From the NCBI RefSeq assembly GCF_006345805.1, contig NC_043003.1, positions 56,234,001 to 56,298,000 of the forward strand: a DNA stretch of 64,000 nucleotides, written 5' to 3'. Source of the DNA: Octopus sinensis (Eukaryota). The translations under genes were made by a program, and so were the position numbers. Positions 14,209 to 28,939 of this stretch are shown piece after piece (the stretch's first letter is position 1; every line of letters starts with the position of its first letter). Below the pieces are notes generated by a model. That model saw nothing but the letters and a program-made list of their open reading frames with translations. It was not told the DNA's origin and did no database searches.

Positions 14209-14681
14209 ATCCCTATCCTTCTACGTCTTTACATCTCTGTTGATATTACTCGCTTATTTTGTTACATATTATTATATTTCATAGAATGACAAGCACTATC
14301 TCACTGTACTCTTTCCCTCTTTCTTCGCCCTCACCGTCATCACAGGAAAACAGACACACATCTACATTCACTCTCTCTCCTTTGCACACATACTATGTCA
14401 TTTTGACACAAACACACACGAACGTATATAAGTAAAAGTAAGCTCTACCGCATGTGTGTACTCGCATCACATTCACGCATACACATAACCAAAGAAACCT
14501 TTCAACTCTCGAAGCAGGTGAACCAGAAAACCGTTATGACAGACGATAGCGCTAGGATTTCTGTGGCTTTCAGATGCGGTCTTTGAAGCAGTTGTGTTGC
14601 TCTTTCAGACGTATTACTCTTACATAAGCAGTAACTGTAGCAGATATGGCAACAGCAGCAGCAGCAGCAGTAATGGTTGTG

Positions 14682-14767
<86 letters not shown>

Positions 14768-14974
14768 TAAGCATTGCAACAATGAATGCTAATACTACTT
14801 GAGACAACATTAAGACTAAGTATATAAATGTTGCTCCTGTCGCTTCTACAACAACCGCTACTGCTATTACTGCTACTGCTGCTGCTGCTGTTTCTGCTGC
14901 TGTTGATAACAGTGATAACATTGGCAGCATCCAGAACAAAAGCAACAACAACAATAGCAACGTACTGATGTTCA

Positions 14975-15150
14975 TATTTACTTATGGGCAGAAGTGGTGA
15001 TATTTCCTTACATATAAGGATAGTCGGTCTAATCGACCCCAATGAGCAAGCGGTACTTATCTTATCGACCCTGCAAGGATGAAAGCCAAAGCCAACCTGG
15101 GCAGAATTTGAACACTGAACGTAAAAACAGACGAAATATCGCTAAACCCT
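14975..15150 (-). mobile_element. Degenerate SINE (family of 25258)
   Basis: atcgaccc...ggatgaaag.caaag...aatttgaac matches the reverse complement of the family core. Confidence 0.65.
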
Positions 15151-15640
15151 TATTATCATTATTATCATTATTATTATTATTATTATTACTATTATTACTA
15201 TTATTACTATTATTACTATTATTACTATTATTATACTATATTTGACTTTTGCTTTACATTTGTACAAGTTGGCTCCAAGTCTCACTCAGAAACCTCAAGA
15301 GACGTTGGAAGTTCATGTTGGTGTTATGCCTAGGATGCCATATATTTGGTTTTGTACTTAGTGTTGTACTAGTGAATGTTTAAGAAACCATAAAATTATG
15401 TTTGCTTTAAAACATGAGATTACATAGAAAGTATTTTACCATGAGTACTATCTTTTGAATTTCTGCCATTTTTGGGTTTCCTGGTATCTGAGCTAGGTAG
15501 CAATCGGCCCCTTTTGCTATCATTCCCAGGGCACCTATGACAACAGGTATTGTTTTAGTCTTCAGATTCCAGATTTTGCTAATTTCTATTTCAAGATCTT
15601 TATATTTGCTCAGTTTTTGGTAGGTCTTCATAGATACGTT
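15150..15640 (-). mobile_element. 5'-truncated R4/Dong-like LINE 3' end with (AAT/AGT)n tail
   Basis: ORF KLSKYKDLEIEISKIWNLKTKTIPVVIGALG...EIQKIVL is the typical REL endonuclease C-terminus; TAA-type repeats on both sides. Confidence 0.85.
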
Positions 15641-15693
15641 TATATCGATTGATTATTATTATTATCATCATCAATAATAATAATAATAATAAT

Positions 15694-15993
15694 CTGAAAC
15701 CCCCTTCCATCATGACTGACCGTGGGATTCCACCTAGAAAGTTACCCTCCCAGGCACAAGTCACCCATCCATACTGGCCTCCCCTCTCCATGCCATCAGT
15801 GTTATCCAACGGAAAAAGCAGAGACCGATACAGCTTGGCACCTGCGTCGTCGCAACTCATTTCTACAGCAGAGTGAACTGGAGTAACGTGAAATACAGTG
15901 TCTTGCTCAAGAAAAAACTCAGCCCGGTTCGGCATTCGAGCTTACAACTTCACGATCGTAAGCACAACGTTCTAACCACTGAGCCATGTGCCT
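15694..15993 (-). mobile_element. tRNA-derived CORE-type SINE
   Basis: Minus strand head tggctcagtggttag...gagctcgaatgcc, then tcttgagcaagacac; sister copy at 31298-31598. Confidence 0.8.
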
Positions 15994-15994
15994 T

Positions 15995-16237
15995 TACTAC
16001 TACTGCTACTACTACTGCTACTACTACTGCTACTACTACTGCTACTACTACTGCTACTGCTACTACTACTACTACTGCTACTACTACTACTGCTACAGCT
16101 ACTGCTGCTGCTGCTGATGATGATGATAATGATGGTGATGAGGGTGATGGTGATGGTGATGGTGGTGGTGATGGTGGTGGTGATGGTGATGGTGGTGATG
16201 GTGATGGTGGTGATGGTGATGGTGGTGATGGTGATGG

Positions 16238-16275
<38 letters not shown>

Positions 16276-16674
16276 GTGGAGGTGGTGGTGGTGATGGTGA
16301 TGATGATAATGATGTTGATGATGAGGAGGAGGAGGGGGAGGAGGGGTAGGAAGAGGATGAGGATGAGGATTACGATTTCATTTATTTGCCACAAGGGCGC
16401 AGGATGACAGGGACATGTCAAACGCAGACATAAAATAATAATGATAATAATAATAGTGAAGGGATGCCTCCTTAGCACGGTCAGAATAAACAGTATTAGG
16501 TAGCTAAAAAGCGCGGATAGCTTGGTACCGTAGGCTGCAGGTAGGAAGACAGCTACGCATGCAACACTCTAAGGGTTCTAACAAAACCCGTGGTAAAAAG
16601 AAATAAATGATAATAATGATAACAACAACAACAAAAACAGCATCAACAACAACAACAACAACCATAATAATAAC

Positions 16675-16716
<42 letters not shown>

Positions 16717-17050
16717 AATAATTTTTCTGTATTAACATGTAAAGTGTGAAGAAAAAAGGTGAAGGAGAAAAAGATGAAGAAAAAGCATGGGAAGGAGAAG
16801 ATAAAGAAGAAGAAGAAGAGGAAGAAGAAGAAGAAGAGAAGAAGAAGAAGAGAAGAAGAAGAAGAAGAAGAAGACAAAGAAAGACAACGAGGAAGAGGAG
16901 GAAAAGCAGAGGAAGAAGAAAAAGCAAAATAAAACGAATGGTGATGATGTTCGTGATGATGATGATGATGATGGTGGTGATGGTGTGGGTGTTGTAGTGG
17001 TGGTGGCAGTGGTGATGGTGAATGATGATGGTGATTATGTTAATGATAAT
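15995..17050. repeat. Mixed trinucleotide microsatellite cluster (CTA, GAT/GGT, AAT, AAC, GAA)
   Basis: Directly visible; source of poly-T/D/G/L/E ORFs. Confidence 0.95.
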
Positions 17051-18205
17051 GATGATTGTAGCAATGTTTACAATATATTTGTATTGTTCACAATGACCTT
17101 AAACCCGAAACAAAATGGCGTTTGATCAAAGCACTTTTTTTAAGACAATCAAAAAGAAATTCAAAAAGAAACTCTATAACCAGTCAACCAACCAAAACCA
17201 ACCAACAATCTATAGAGCCAACCAACACTCTGGCCAACAAACCGGCAAGCCAACCAGTCAGGCAGTCAGCCAGCCAGCCAGCCAGCCAGCCAGATTGCCA
17301 ACAATACAACAAGCAAACAAACAAACAAACAAACGACAGATTTCTCGTGTAATGAGGATCTATAGTAATTACAGTGTAATTGTATGGGATGTATGTGATG
17401 TGAATTCAGCGGGTGAGGAGGGGGGAATGTACAGTAATAATGGTTTGCTGAGTGAAGAGAGGACGATCAGCTGATCGGTAGATACAGAGGGAGGAAATGG
17501 GAAATGAAGCATGGAGGTTGGCTTTGAAAAGATTTGAGAATTAATCGGTAAAAAAAAAAGGGTAATACGATGCAACAAATACAAAATGAAAGCAATGAAG
17601 AGACGGGTTTGGGGAGGTGACAGGGAGATAGAGGAGTGTGGTGTTAGTTAAAAGGAAAGAGAAACATGAAGAGAAAATGGCGTCGACATAGTTTATCTGC
17701 GTGTTTATCAATCAGTTGGACGATTTTAGTTGCGGTCAACTTTAATTGGCCAATGTCAATCAATTCGAAAGATTTGGTCACATAAGAAGATCTCATGACT
17801 ATCAATAAATTATTAACGTAACTATTAAAACTCACACGTTCGCACGCACGTCCACACGTACTCACGTAAGTGCACACAAATGCACACACATATAGACACA
17901 AACACATTCGTCAGCTATCATCTCCCCTCTTTTACATTCTCTATCTCTCTCTCTCTCTCTTTCCTTCACTCCTTCTGTGTATAATTATGCGTTCGCATGT
18001 GTGTATCTTTAGACGTAGACACACACATACATACATACATACGTACATACAAATAAACATTTAACGGCCGTGCTTCAGTATGGCCGCAGATCACAAGGTT
18101 AAACTAGGCGTTAAATATCTGTGTGTGTGTGTATGTATGTATATGTATATGTGTGTGTGTGTGTGTGTGTGTTTGTTTACGCAGACGCGTGTGGGGTGAG
18201 TGATA

Positions 18206-18210
18206 GATTC

Positions 18211-18268
<58 letters not shown>

Positions 18269-18300
18269 GATAGATAGATAGATAGATAGATAGAGATATC

Positions 18301-18344
<44 letters not shown>

Positions 18345-18366
18345 AGATGATAGATAGATAGATATC

Positions 18367-18450
<84 letters not shown>

Positions 18451-18515
18451 GATATCTAGATAGATACAGATATCTAGATAGATAGATAGATAGATGGATG
18501 GATAGCTAGATAGAT
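18206..18515. repeat. (GATA)n tetranucleotide array
   Basis: Directly visible. Confidence 0.97.
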
Positions 18516-20013
18516 AAAATGATGATTAAACGAGAAGCAATCTACATAGACACAAAGAGAAAGCAGCACAATATTCCATATTGGCTATTGATTTATAGAC
18601 CGAGTGTATGCATACATGTCAATATGTCTAGGGGTGGGAAGTTTACATGCGTAAGAGTTTGCTTATAATTAAATAGCTAAATAGATGTCAACAGCATAAA
18701 ACATACTCTGTAGCTATGTTTGATATACAGAAACCGTTCGGTAGGACGCTAAACGTTGACCCGATGTATTAAGCTTTTAGGTGTCAACTCAATGTGTGCA
18801 GCTTTCAGAGTTTCATTAAAAAGATAACGGTTTATAGATTTTTAACTGTGTAGTCTATCTATTGTGAATATCGATTAAATAGACAGTAACTGTCAGTTAC
18901 GATAATTTTTATTGTTATTATTGTTATTTATGGAAATTAAAAGAAATTTATACAATTATTGAAAGGGAAAGAATTAAACTGTGAAATAAGGGCTGGCAGC
19001 AATCTAGAATTGTTTAGTGTCTACGATACTGAATAGTTTCGCAATAATGGTGTCTCTACCGTGTGACGCTATCTGTAACCAATCTCTCTCAAACATATCG
19101 TATTGTTTCTATATCTAGTAATATATTGGATGATCTGAGTTCAATATTAGCTGTCTTAAAACGAGGATGGATTTGGCTCGCAGTTTGATTACTCATTCAA
19201 AAAATATAATGTTTATTCATATTATTTTCAATTAATTTTGCTGTATTTTGTTTGAGTCAGGATTGGTTATTTTTAGAATGACTTATTCGGGTAGGCGCAA
19301 GAAGCTGGATCTGGCTAGTTTGAAATTAAATCTGATAGGATGTTCGGACTACATATGGCCGGTGAAAATCCTGAAGCAATAAATATAAATTAATTCAATC
19401 TGGACTAACTTGAGCGTAAACAAGAAATATCTGGTTGTTTATATCCACCTAGAGACTCCTCCTTCAATGATACGTGAATAGCAAAGATTTACGCTGGAAT
19501 GGTTTTAGTCTGTTTAATATGTTTTATATATTGTCAATACAAAATTTAGCTAAGACAACACACACATACATACTGAAACGTATACACACACCATATATAT
19601 ATATATGTGTGTATCTGTGCGTACACATACAAATATATCTATGGCTCCAAAATAAGGAAAACACAGTGACGAGGTGAAAGAACTTCAAACAGAGTAGATT
19701 AAGTTGACAGCCAGAAAAATGAAATAGGTGTGTAACATTTTGAGCGTATGCTCTTCTGCAGAAAAGGATAATTGCCAGAAAGGAAAGATGGAGAAAAAAT
19801 TGACTCTGGTATTTCACTAATTTATTTGATCGATCTGTGAAGGAGGATAAGGAAACATTTGACCGTGGCGAGATTCAAAATCAGATCGTATAATGCACAA
19901 ACGAACTACTACAATGCAATCCGCGAACGGTCGAGCGTTTCTGGTAATTCACTGCCATAATAATGATGATGATGATGATGATGATAATAATAGTAATAAT
20001 GATAATAATAATG

Positions 20014-20061
<48 letters not shown>

Positions 20062-20101
20062 TAATAATAATAACAACAATAATAATTATTATATTTATAA
20101 T

Positions 20102-20646
20102 ATGCCCTGATTCAGTATCAAGCAGTGGCTCCCGACACTTCTGATCTTAACTGATTGGAAGTGTTATCATGGACAATGTTTTGTCTTGGTATAAAAGATG
20201 GGCTACAGCAAATATTTTGCTCAATGCCACAGATTTGCTTGTTAATTGTTTGACGATAACCAGTTGACCATGTCCCTTAGTGGAGATATGTGCATCTCTG
20301 ATCACGAGTAGAAGTAGTGGGGGAGCATCATAGCCATGTATTGAGAGGGATTCTTTGGGGTTTGAATAATTCACCTCTAGAAACATGGGTGTTTCGTTCA
20401 ACATCCTTAAAAACCCTTATTCTAGGACCTTTTGAGCTGGATGTGTTACTCGACAAGAAGAAAATTCTAACTGGGCCCCACCTGGAAGGTCATGTGCTGT
20501 TTATCTTGGTATGAGATCACCATGTCGCGCACATTTGGTTGTGATGCACGTGCCTGGTGTATACTTATCAGCCGGGTAGTCATGATGGATATACTGGGCT
20601 TCGTATATTTTACCCCAGTGTCACTTTGATGGCATGCACTGTTCTC

Positions 20647-20648
<2 letters not shown>
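20102..20648 (+). mobile_element. Diverged third copy of the 550-bp (TAA)n-flanked element
   Basis: Colinear with 8577-9128 and flanked by TAA runs. Confidence 0.85.
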
Positions 20649-20686
<38 letters not shown>

Positions 20687-21199
20687 TAGATATGGAGCAG
20701 ACCCAGTGCGTATTGTAGAAGGATTATTATTATTATTATTATTATCATCATCATCATTAATATTATTGTCATCATTATTAATATTATTATCATCATTATT
20801 AATAGCATTATCATCGTTATTAATAGCATTATCATTATTATCATCATCATCATCATCATCATCATTAATATTATTATCAACATCATCATCATTAATATCA
20901 TTATCATCATCATCATCATTAATATTATCATCATCATCATCATCATCATTTATATCATCATCATCATCATCATTAATATCATCATCATCATCATCGGCGT
21001 TGTCGTTGCTGTTGTTGTTATGAAACCGAGCTGGCAGAATCGTTGCTTAGCGGGATTTTGTCCGACTCTTTACGATCTCAGTTGAAATCTCGCCGGGTCT
21101 AACATTCCGTTTCCGTTCATCTGGGGGTCGATAAACTACCTGCTTACTAGCATAGTCGATATGAAGCAGGGGTAATCGTATGGACAGTAGACGAACTAA

Positions 21200-22070
21200 A
21201 CAGCTTATACAGAAAGACAAGGAAGTGGCCGACTAGATATGGGATACTCCACCCAAAAAGTGGCACACACAGACTTTATGCACCAAGAAAAATAGGGGGA
21301 ATAAGAGTGATTTGATGCGGACACAGCACTAGAACAGAAGAAAATAACATAGAGTATGTAAAATAATCTCACAGAACCGCTATATTTGGAAGTAAGAATA
21401 TCAGGATGGAAGAAGGTAGGATGGAAGATTGCAAAGATAAAGCATCGTACAAGCACTTGAAAAATGAATGAAACTGAAAATAGGCGGATAAAGGAAAGAA
21501 TGCATGGACAATTTCATAAGGATGTTGAAGATATGTCAGAAGGAGAAAGAAGATGGCTATGGATGACTAAAAGTGATTTGAAACAGGAAACGGTATCCCT
21601 AATTTTTGTAGTCAAAGAGCAAGCATTGAGAACCAGTTACATGAAATACAGAATACACAACACATCAGAAAGTGATAAGTGCAGAATCTGTGGAAAAATG
21701 GTGGAACCGTATGGCATATTCCCAGCCAACGAACGTCACTAGCCCAGAAAGAATAAAAGAAACGTTATGACAATATAGCAATTATTGTTCCTTGGACACT
21801 TTGCAACAAGTATGGACTTGACAGAATAAAAAACAGTCGTACGAGCACAAACCCGAAGGCATCGTCGAAAATGATAATGCGAAGATCCTTTGGGTTTTTA
21901 TGATTCAGTGTGACCATGACGTAGAGAATAGGGAACCAGAATAGTCTTAATTGCGAAAGAAAGCAAACGATGCTGGAAATTACGCGGTGTTACCTTAGTT
22001 CACAAGTAGTGAACAGCTGAAACCTTAGTACATATCCAGCGTTAGAAGCTGTGCACATACAATACAATAA
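21200..22070 (+). mobile_element. Decayed R4/Dong-like LINE (RT thumb, zinc finger, REL endonuclease, 3' UTR)
   Basis: RKTRKWPTRYGILHPKSGTHRLYAPRKIGG; MHGQF..RWLWM..LKQET..EQALRT..KCRIC; ILWVFMIQCDH; ends in a caataataat tail. Confidence 0.85.
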
Positions 22071-22151
22071 TAATGCTAACAATAATAATCATTAGATTAC
22101 TACTACTACCACCACCAGCACCACAACCACTACTACTACTGCTGCTGCTGC

Positions 22152-22192
<41 letters not shown>

Positions 22193-22979
22193 TGCTCTCT
22201 CAATAATAGTAAATTAGTGTTAGTAGTAGAAGGAAGCAATGAAATAACTATGTTCCTCGCACTTGTTCTGCAGCGAAACCATATATTGACACCTTGTGAA
22301 TTAATGAAGAACAGCAACGAATATTCGACGAAAATTTTACAAGGCATCGTGCGTCTAATTGTTAATTGCTAATTCTAAAATTGTTTAGTATTGTCAAAAA
22401 TATGTTCTTATATTTCTGAGGTTTCTACTAAAATTTTTATTGGCTACAACCTGATACGTATCGTAATGCAGCAGAAAACTATGAGAATTCGGTCCAAAAC
22501 AAAGACTTTAATAATCAATACAAATAAAATTCACAAACTGAAGTAAAGTATAAATTAATTTAGTATTGCCATGGTATTGTAGAGGATGTACAAAAACGAA
22601 AAACTTTAAATTTATTATGTGATGGGAAGAATTATAAATCAATGTGTAAAATTTCTCTATATTTCTTCAGCATGTCTGTGAGAGAATTCCAAATATATTT
22701 CGTTATCCCTTAAGACATCAGTAAAGGATATCTTCACCTTAACTGTTCATGTGAAGAAGAAGAATTCACTAAGTAAATGGGAAATACTGTATTCTGTTTA
22801 AGAAAATAGCATTATTTGAAGAATAAATTACCTAAACAAACCATATGCATGAAAAAGAACAAGACTTTTTTAATGAATGCATATTAATAAGGAAAAAAAA
22901 TAGTTGTATTAATATAACAAACATCAAAGTTTCATGAACATACATCACAGGGAAGGACATAATGTCAGCGAAATAACGA

Positions 22980-24430
22980 AGAGTAGTGTTAAAATACCGT
23001 TCGACCACACCGAAGCATACCTACCAAATATCGACCAGCAAAAGCCGAATCTAAAATTCTAAGGAACGCCTATGAAAACCATTTTGAAAGATTAAGTATT
23101 GGCTACTGTACAATGAAAAGTAATCTTGGCTATCAGGGACATAGAGAAAATCGGTGCGGTTGCGATAATCTCCTGGATAAATCGCCAAGTCTCATTATCG
23201 AGTGTAACAGCCATAAAGAAAGTTGGTTGCCAACTCAGAATAACTCATATGGAAACATTAAAATCCGAGGTAACATGGGGAAAAACTAGCATACGAGTAA
23301 ATCATGTATATTTAGGAAAAAAATCTATTAATCCTTAATACAATCGGGAGCCAGAATATATGAATAAATGAGTTCTGAACACAAATAATTCTTACTAAAC
23401 AAAGAATTAGGCGTTTTCAAAAGATAGTTAAGTATTAACTTTTGAAAACAAAATAAATCCTTCGTCACCAAACAAAAACAATTTCACGCAAAAAAAAAAA
23501 CTACAGAAAAAAGATTTGATGCTATGCTCTAATTAGAAGACGTACTAAATCTTTGAAGAGAATTGAGAATAGTCGGTGGTTTGCTTTGGTTGATAATTCT
23601 ACTACAAATAAGACGCTTAAAGCCAATTAATGCCAACCTTATCACTTATTATAAATATATACTTGGAGAACAAACATCAATAGAATTAAACAAAAATGCT
23701 CATAAAAATATATAAATCAGTGGTGTTTAACAATGCTTAAACGTCACATTGTAAGACAAGAGAGAAGAATACGAACATGATACAGTTTCATTATCATAAG
23801 GCTTTTGACAACTTTCCACAGCATTGTATTCTGGTATCATTTGTCATAAGCAAGTTAGCACCAATAATAAGTATATGTATGAAGCAAGTTAAAAGTATAG
23901 GAAACAGTTGTTACAGATACAGACAAAAGAGCTAAATGTAAGCGCGAATCCAATCTCTTTCAACAGAGAAATATTTTAATATGACAGATTTTTTTCCAAT
24001 ACATTTTCTTCCTTTTGCCTGGCGCCGAATCGTTTAACTAACATGTTAAAACTAAACTGCATGTGAATTCAAATGCTATGCTGTTACAATCAATTATTTC
24101 CTGTATATGGATGACCATAAGCTGTATGCAGCAGATTATGAACAACTGGATACACTTTTAGATACGATGCATAAATTCAGAAAAGGAAATTGGCATGAAA
24201 TTTGGTTTTGAAACGTGCCAAGACAAACTTGAAGAGAGGAAATTAAAGAGAGAAAAACAAATATATAAAACCACTAAAATCACGCTACATAAATATGCAG
24301 AGGATAGAGAATGAAAGTAAGAACAGTGTTACTTGCAATGTTTTAGGGCCCAATGAACTAGACAGAAAATATCGCAAACAAATGAAAGAAACGTTTAAGA
24401 ATTTGTAGAAGAATCAAAATAGAAACTAAA
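22980..24430 (+). mobile_element. Heavily decayed non-LTR reverse transcriptase (R4/NeSL-like)
   Basis: YHKAFDNFPQHCIL (~23790) and INYFLYMDDHKLYA...EIGMKFG (~24090-24215), with many stops and frameshifts. Confidence 0.75.
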
Positions 24431-25257
24431 AGGAAAGAACTTTTACGTTGTTGGATGATGTGTTAGAAATAGCTGTCCGATCTCACTTTAATCGCAGTGT
24501 CCTGTCCTAATATGAAAACAACGAATAACATTGTCAGACATAGCCAGAAAAATAGGTCCACGCCATTTGAAGTACCTTTGTCTCATTAATCATCTCTAAG
24601 CGTGTATGTTCATCTAGAACCTGCAGCTGTTGCTCTCAGAATAGAACATGTACTACCATGCTTGCGGTAAATTACATTAAGCTCTTATATAATCGGGAGT
24701 AGATATGGAGGCCCTCTCGGCGGTTTCACACTTGACTCAGCGAAACTCCAGATCATCATATACTGATTGGGAGCAAAGATTCGGCTGGTAGACGTACACA
24801 CACGTACACGCACACACGTGCAACACACACACACATACATTCCCCCTTCTTTTTCAATTTTTTCTTTCTTTACCACCTTACCCTCTGTTACTTTTTCTAT
24901 CCTACCGCTTCTCTTTACTATTCTTGCTCCTCCTCTTTTGTTCTGTGCGTCCCTCATTTATTCTCCCCCTCTCTCTCATATTTCTTCTATCCCCTTCTTC
25001 ATGTCTTTATTTCTGTCATCCTTCTTTCTCGTATTAGTTAGTTTTCAATTGCTGCTCACCCTTTTCTCTCTGCCCTATACAATGTGTTTTCTCTTTCTCC
25101 CCTCTCTTTTCTGTACCTCATGACCATCCAAGTTTTTGTTTCAGCATTCCTTTCCGTGCTTCACTGCTGACCTGTTCAGTCATGCTTCTCTTACGCTTTA
25201 GCCTTCGCATTAACATTCAGCTTTGTGTCTATCTTAATTTTTCATCTTCATCGTCTA

Positions 25258-25657
25258 AGGCGGCGAGCTGGCAGAAACGTTAGCATGCTGAGTGAAATGC
25301 TTAGCAGTAATTCGTCTGCCTTTACGTTCTGAGTTCAAATTCCGCCGAGGTTGACTTTGCCTTTCATCCTTTCGGGGTCAATAAATTAAGTACTAGTTAC
25401 ACACTTGGGTCGATATAATCGGCTTAATCCGTTTGTCTGTCCTCGGTTGTCCCCTCTGTATTTAGCCCCCTGTGGGTAGTAAATAAATAGATATTTCGTC
25501 TGTATTTACGCTCTGAGTTCAAATTCTGCCGAGGTCGACTTTGCCTTTCATCCTTTCGGGGTCGATAAATTAATCACCAGTTGCGTACTAGGGTCGATCT
25601 AATCGACTGGCCCCCTCCTCCAAAATTTCGGCCTTGTATCAACAGTAGAAAAGGATT
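25258..25657 (+). mobile_element. tRNA-derived SINE with internal duplication
   Basis: Pol III A-box-like tggcagaaacgttag and B-box-like gagttcaaattcc; body repeated from ~25495; related copies at 55828, 56339, 57937. Confidence 0.88.
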
Positions 25658-26354
25658 AACGCCCATCCCTGTATCCATCTTAAATTTTCATCTTTCGCTC
25701 AATCTTTTTTCATTTTCTTCCACCTTTCTTTCTCACTCTCTATCACTCTATTTTTAGGGCATCATTTTCCATTATCATTACTTCTACACTTGTCATCTAA
25801 AGCTATTTCATACATATAATGCCTTTATTTGTATGCTTATATTTACGTACCAAACACATGTGTCATTGTTTTCACCACTAACCTTTATAATTAATTGTTC
25901 ACTTATTCTCCGCATCATTCTTCTGTTGACAGCATCAAAATGAACAATGATATCGCAAAAAAGTGCGACATTGTTATGATTTCTTGACGATAAATCACAA
26001 GAGCATGCCCTTCTATTAGTTCCTGCAGGGCCGTCGTTAAACCCCCCACCGACCTCTGCAGTCTCAGGGAGCCTCCGCGGTTGAGGAGCCCCATGTTAAA
26101 ATCAAACTACATAGATGATCCATCTGTTTACTTTGGTTAAGATGTTAACTAAAAATTTCAAGTCAGACGAGGAAAAGATATGAGGCTGTACCGTAAATAT
26201 ATACATTGGGTCGAATGAATCGAGTCCAGTACTTTTCTTTTAGTCTGGTCCCAAATTTTATAAATAGATCTATGAATCAAATTCCCTAAAAATATTCAAA
26301 ACCAATTCCTCTGCAAAAATATTGCACGAGTGCACTAACATATGTGATATAATA

Positions 26355-26545
26355 ATGATCGTTTCTAATCTCGGCACAGCACCAGCATCCTTTGAGAACA
26401 TGACTGGTAATTATTTTATCGACCCTGAGTAGAGGAAAGGCAAAGTGAACCTCAACGGCATTTGAGCTGAGAACGTACAGCCGGACGAAATGCCGCTGAG
26501 CATTTTGTCCAACGAGCTGACGATTCTCGCAGTTCGAAGCCTTAT
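26355..26545 (-). mobile_element. Degenerate SINE (family of 25258)
   Basis: atcgaccc...ggaaaggcaaagt...gaacgtac...gacgaaat matches the reverse complement. Confidence 0.65.
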
Positions 26546-27258
26546 GAATGTAACACTTGCTGCTCACAATAATAATTGTTTAAAAATTTCGCAAGGGACA
26601 GATGTATTTGAAGGGAAGGGTAAGATGTTTACACTGATCTCAGTACTTTCATAATTTCGAACCCGAAATTATAAAAGGTTAAGTCTCGACCTTCGCGTCA
26701 TTTGAGCTTTGCGACGTACTAACTATTCTGCCAGTACGCAGCCTTACAAATGGAACGGTTGCTATTCCGATTTATATAATAACAATAAATAACAAATAAA
26801 TATACATTGAATGACAGTAAGTATAAGTTCTAACAATGGGAAAAGTATGTATAGCTTTGAGGCTGAAAGATCAAGGCTTAAGCTTTGTATATAAAAGTAA
26901 ATTCGTCTTGGCTTTGCTCCTTAAAGAAATTTAGGCACTATAATGGCCATAAGACATTGTTCCCGTCGCTTTATATGCATGTGTGTATTTGTATGAGAGT
27001 GCATCTTTATGCGTGCGCATGTACCGCAGGTTTCTTCAAAAGAACACTTGTAGTGACATTTAACGCTGTACATCCAAATGTTTTTGCATTTGAATTGCTG
27101 GAACTATAAACTGGTCTGTTATAGGTTAAAGAAGGAAGGCGTGCGTTGGTGTATAAATATATGGTTATTAAGGCATACTTCATGCTTCAGATTTCATATG
27201 TACAAACATGGACCATACGTTGCATACACAGCATAAGAATACGCATGTATATATGTAT

Positions 27259-27362
<104 letters not shown>

Positions 27363-27441
27363 TATATACATAAATATCCACACATGTTCACACACGCATG
27401 ATGCACGAACATAGGCATTCATACACACATATTTTCATGAG

Positions 27442-27487
<46 letters not shown>

Positions 27488-28939
27488 CATAAGTATCTAT
27501 CTGTCTATCTGTCTATCCATCTATATATGTAGAGAGAGAGAAAGAGAGAGAGAGAGAGAAGTGGCACTAAAATCAACATATATATACTTGTATAAAAATA
27601 AATGTAAAGCTGGTATAAAATATTTGATAAATACGTGAATGTATATATTAGGAATTTCTGAATATATAAATGCCTGAATACCTAAATGGATAGATGTAAA
27701 ATCGCTCATGTGAATAATCTCTATGAAATCTTGAAAGAAAATATATATATATGCTTAAAAATTTAGAGCAAAGAATAATGAAAACTTTATTAAAACTTAT
27801 ACGAACAAATAAAAACCGATTTCGAAATTAGAAATGCTTCATAAATTACATTATATATATATATAAAAAATAAATCGTTAATTTTTTTTTATGGTTTGAG
27901 GAATATTTCATAAATAGATAAATTCGTTAATCAGCTAAATATAGACTTGGTATAATAATAGATATATAATAAATAGTGTATGTTAGTTGTGCATTAGCTA
28001 ACGGCATATATTACTCACATACACACCTCAAAAGCAGGCACACACTTATGAATATATTCATATGTGTGTGTGTGTGTGCGCATGTGTTTATGCATGATTG
28101 TATGTATGTACATATATACGGCGGTTATACATATATATATGAGTGTGTGTGTGTGTACGTGATATATATATATATATGTGCGTGTGTATGTGTGTGTTCT
28201 AATATACGCACGTACATACAAATACACACGTACACATGTTTACATATATATATATGAAGTTGTTTAAATATATGAATTAATATATGTGTGTGATTGCGTG
28301 TGTGTGTGTATGTATGTATGCACACACATGCAAACACACACATGTACACACATCATGTGTATAGGGCTGTATAATTATATATGAAAACAGTCGAATAAGA
28401 AACTGATGGATCAGTAAAATTTTCGATATATTCCAATGAAGAAACTTCCACTATGTAACGTTCATAAGACAATCATATGATGAACGATACAAAGCTGAAA
28501 CCCCGAAATAAAAGTCAAGTATTGTTTCGTATAAGTAACCTGTGCGTGCATGTGTGCGTATGTGCGCTCACCCCTCTATGTGTGTGTATGTGTGTGTGTG
28601 TGTGAGTTTGTCTATATATATAAGCAGGATCTTATCGGGTTTGGCTGTCAGCATTTCAAAAATTAGAATCAACCGAAAATTTAAAAATTTAGCACAATGA
28701 TACACCTGCCCAAACTGAAGTGCTGGAGTTATTTAATTTTTTTCCAGAAAAATATTTTAAAAAAGTTATAGAACTTAAAAGCTTGATAATTCTCACCCAG
28801 TCAGGAAACAGGATGTGGAAGCTGTCATTTTGTGCGTGACTACACATTTTGTCGTCAACATCCTGAAAATGGCACGTGATGTCAATATTTGTAGACAACA
28901 CGTCTGATGTCTCCAGTAATTGTTTTCTGTAAATAAATA

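Noticed and set aside
28797-28862. Candidate minus-strand exons with good splice sites (also ~55352-55429, ~17690-17830, ~24690-24785)
   Set aside because: Several frames are open, there is no recognisable homology, and such ORFs are expected by chance; needs RNA-seq.
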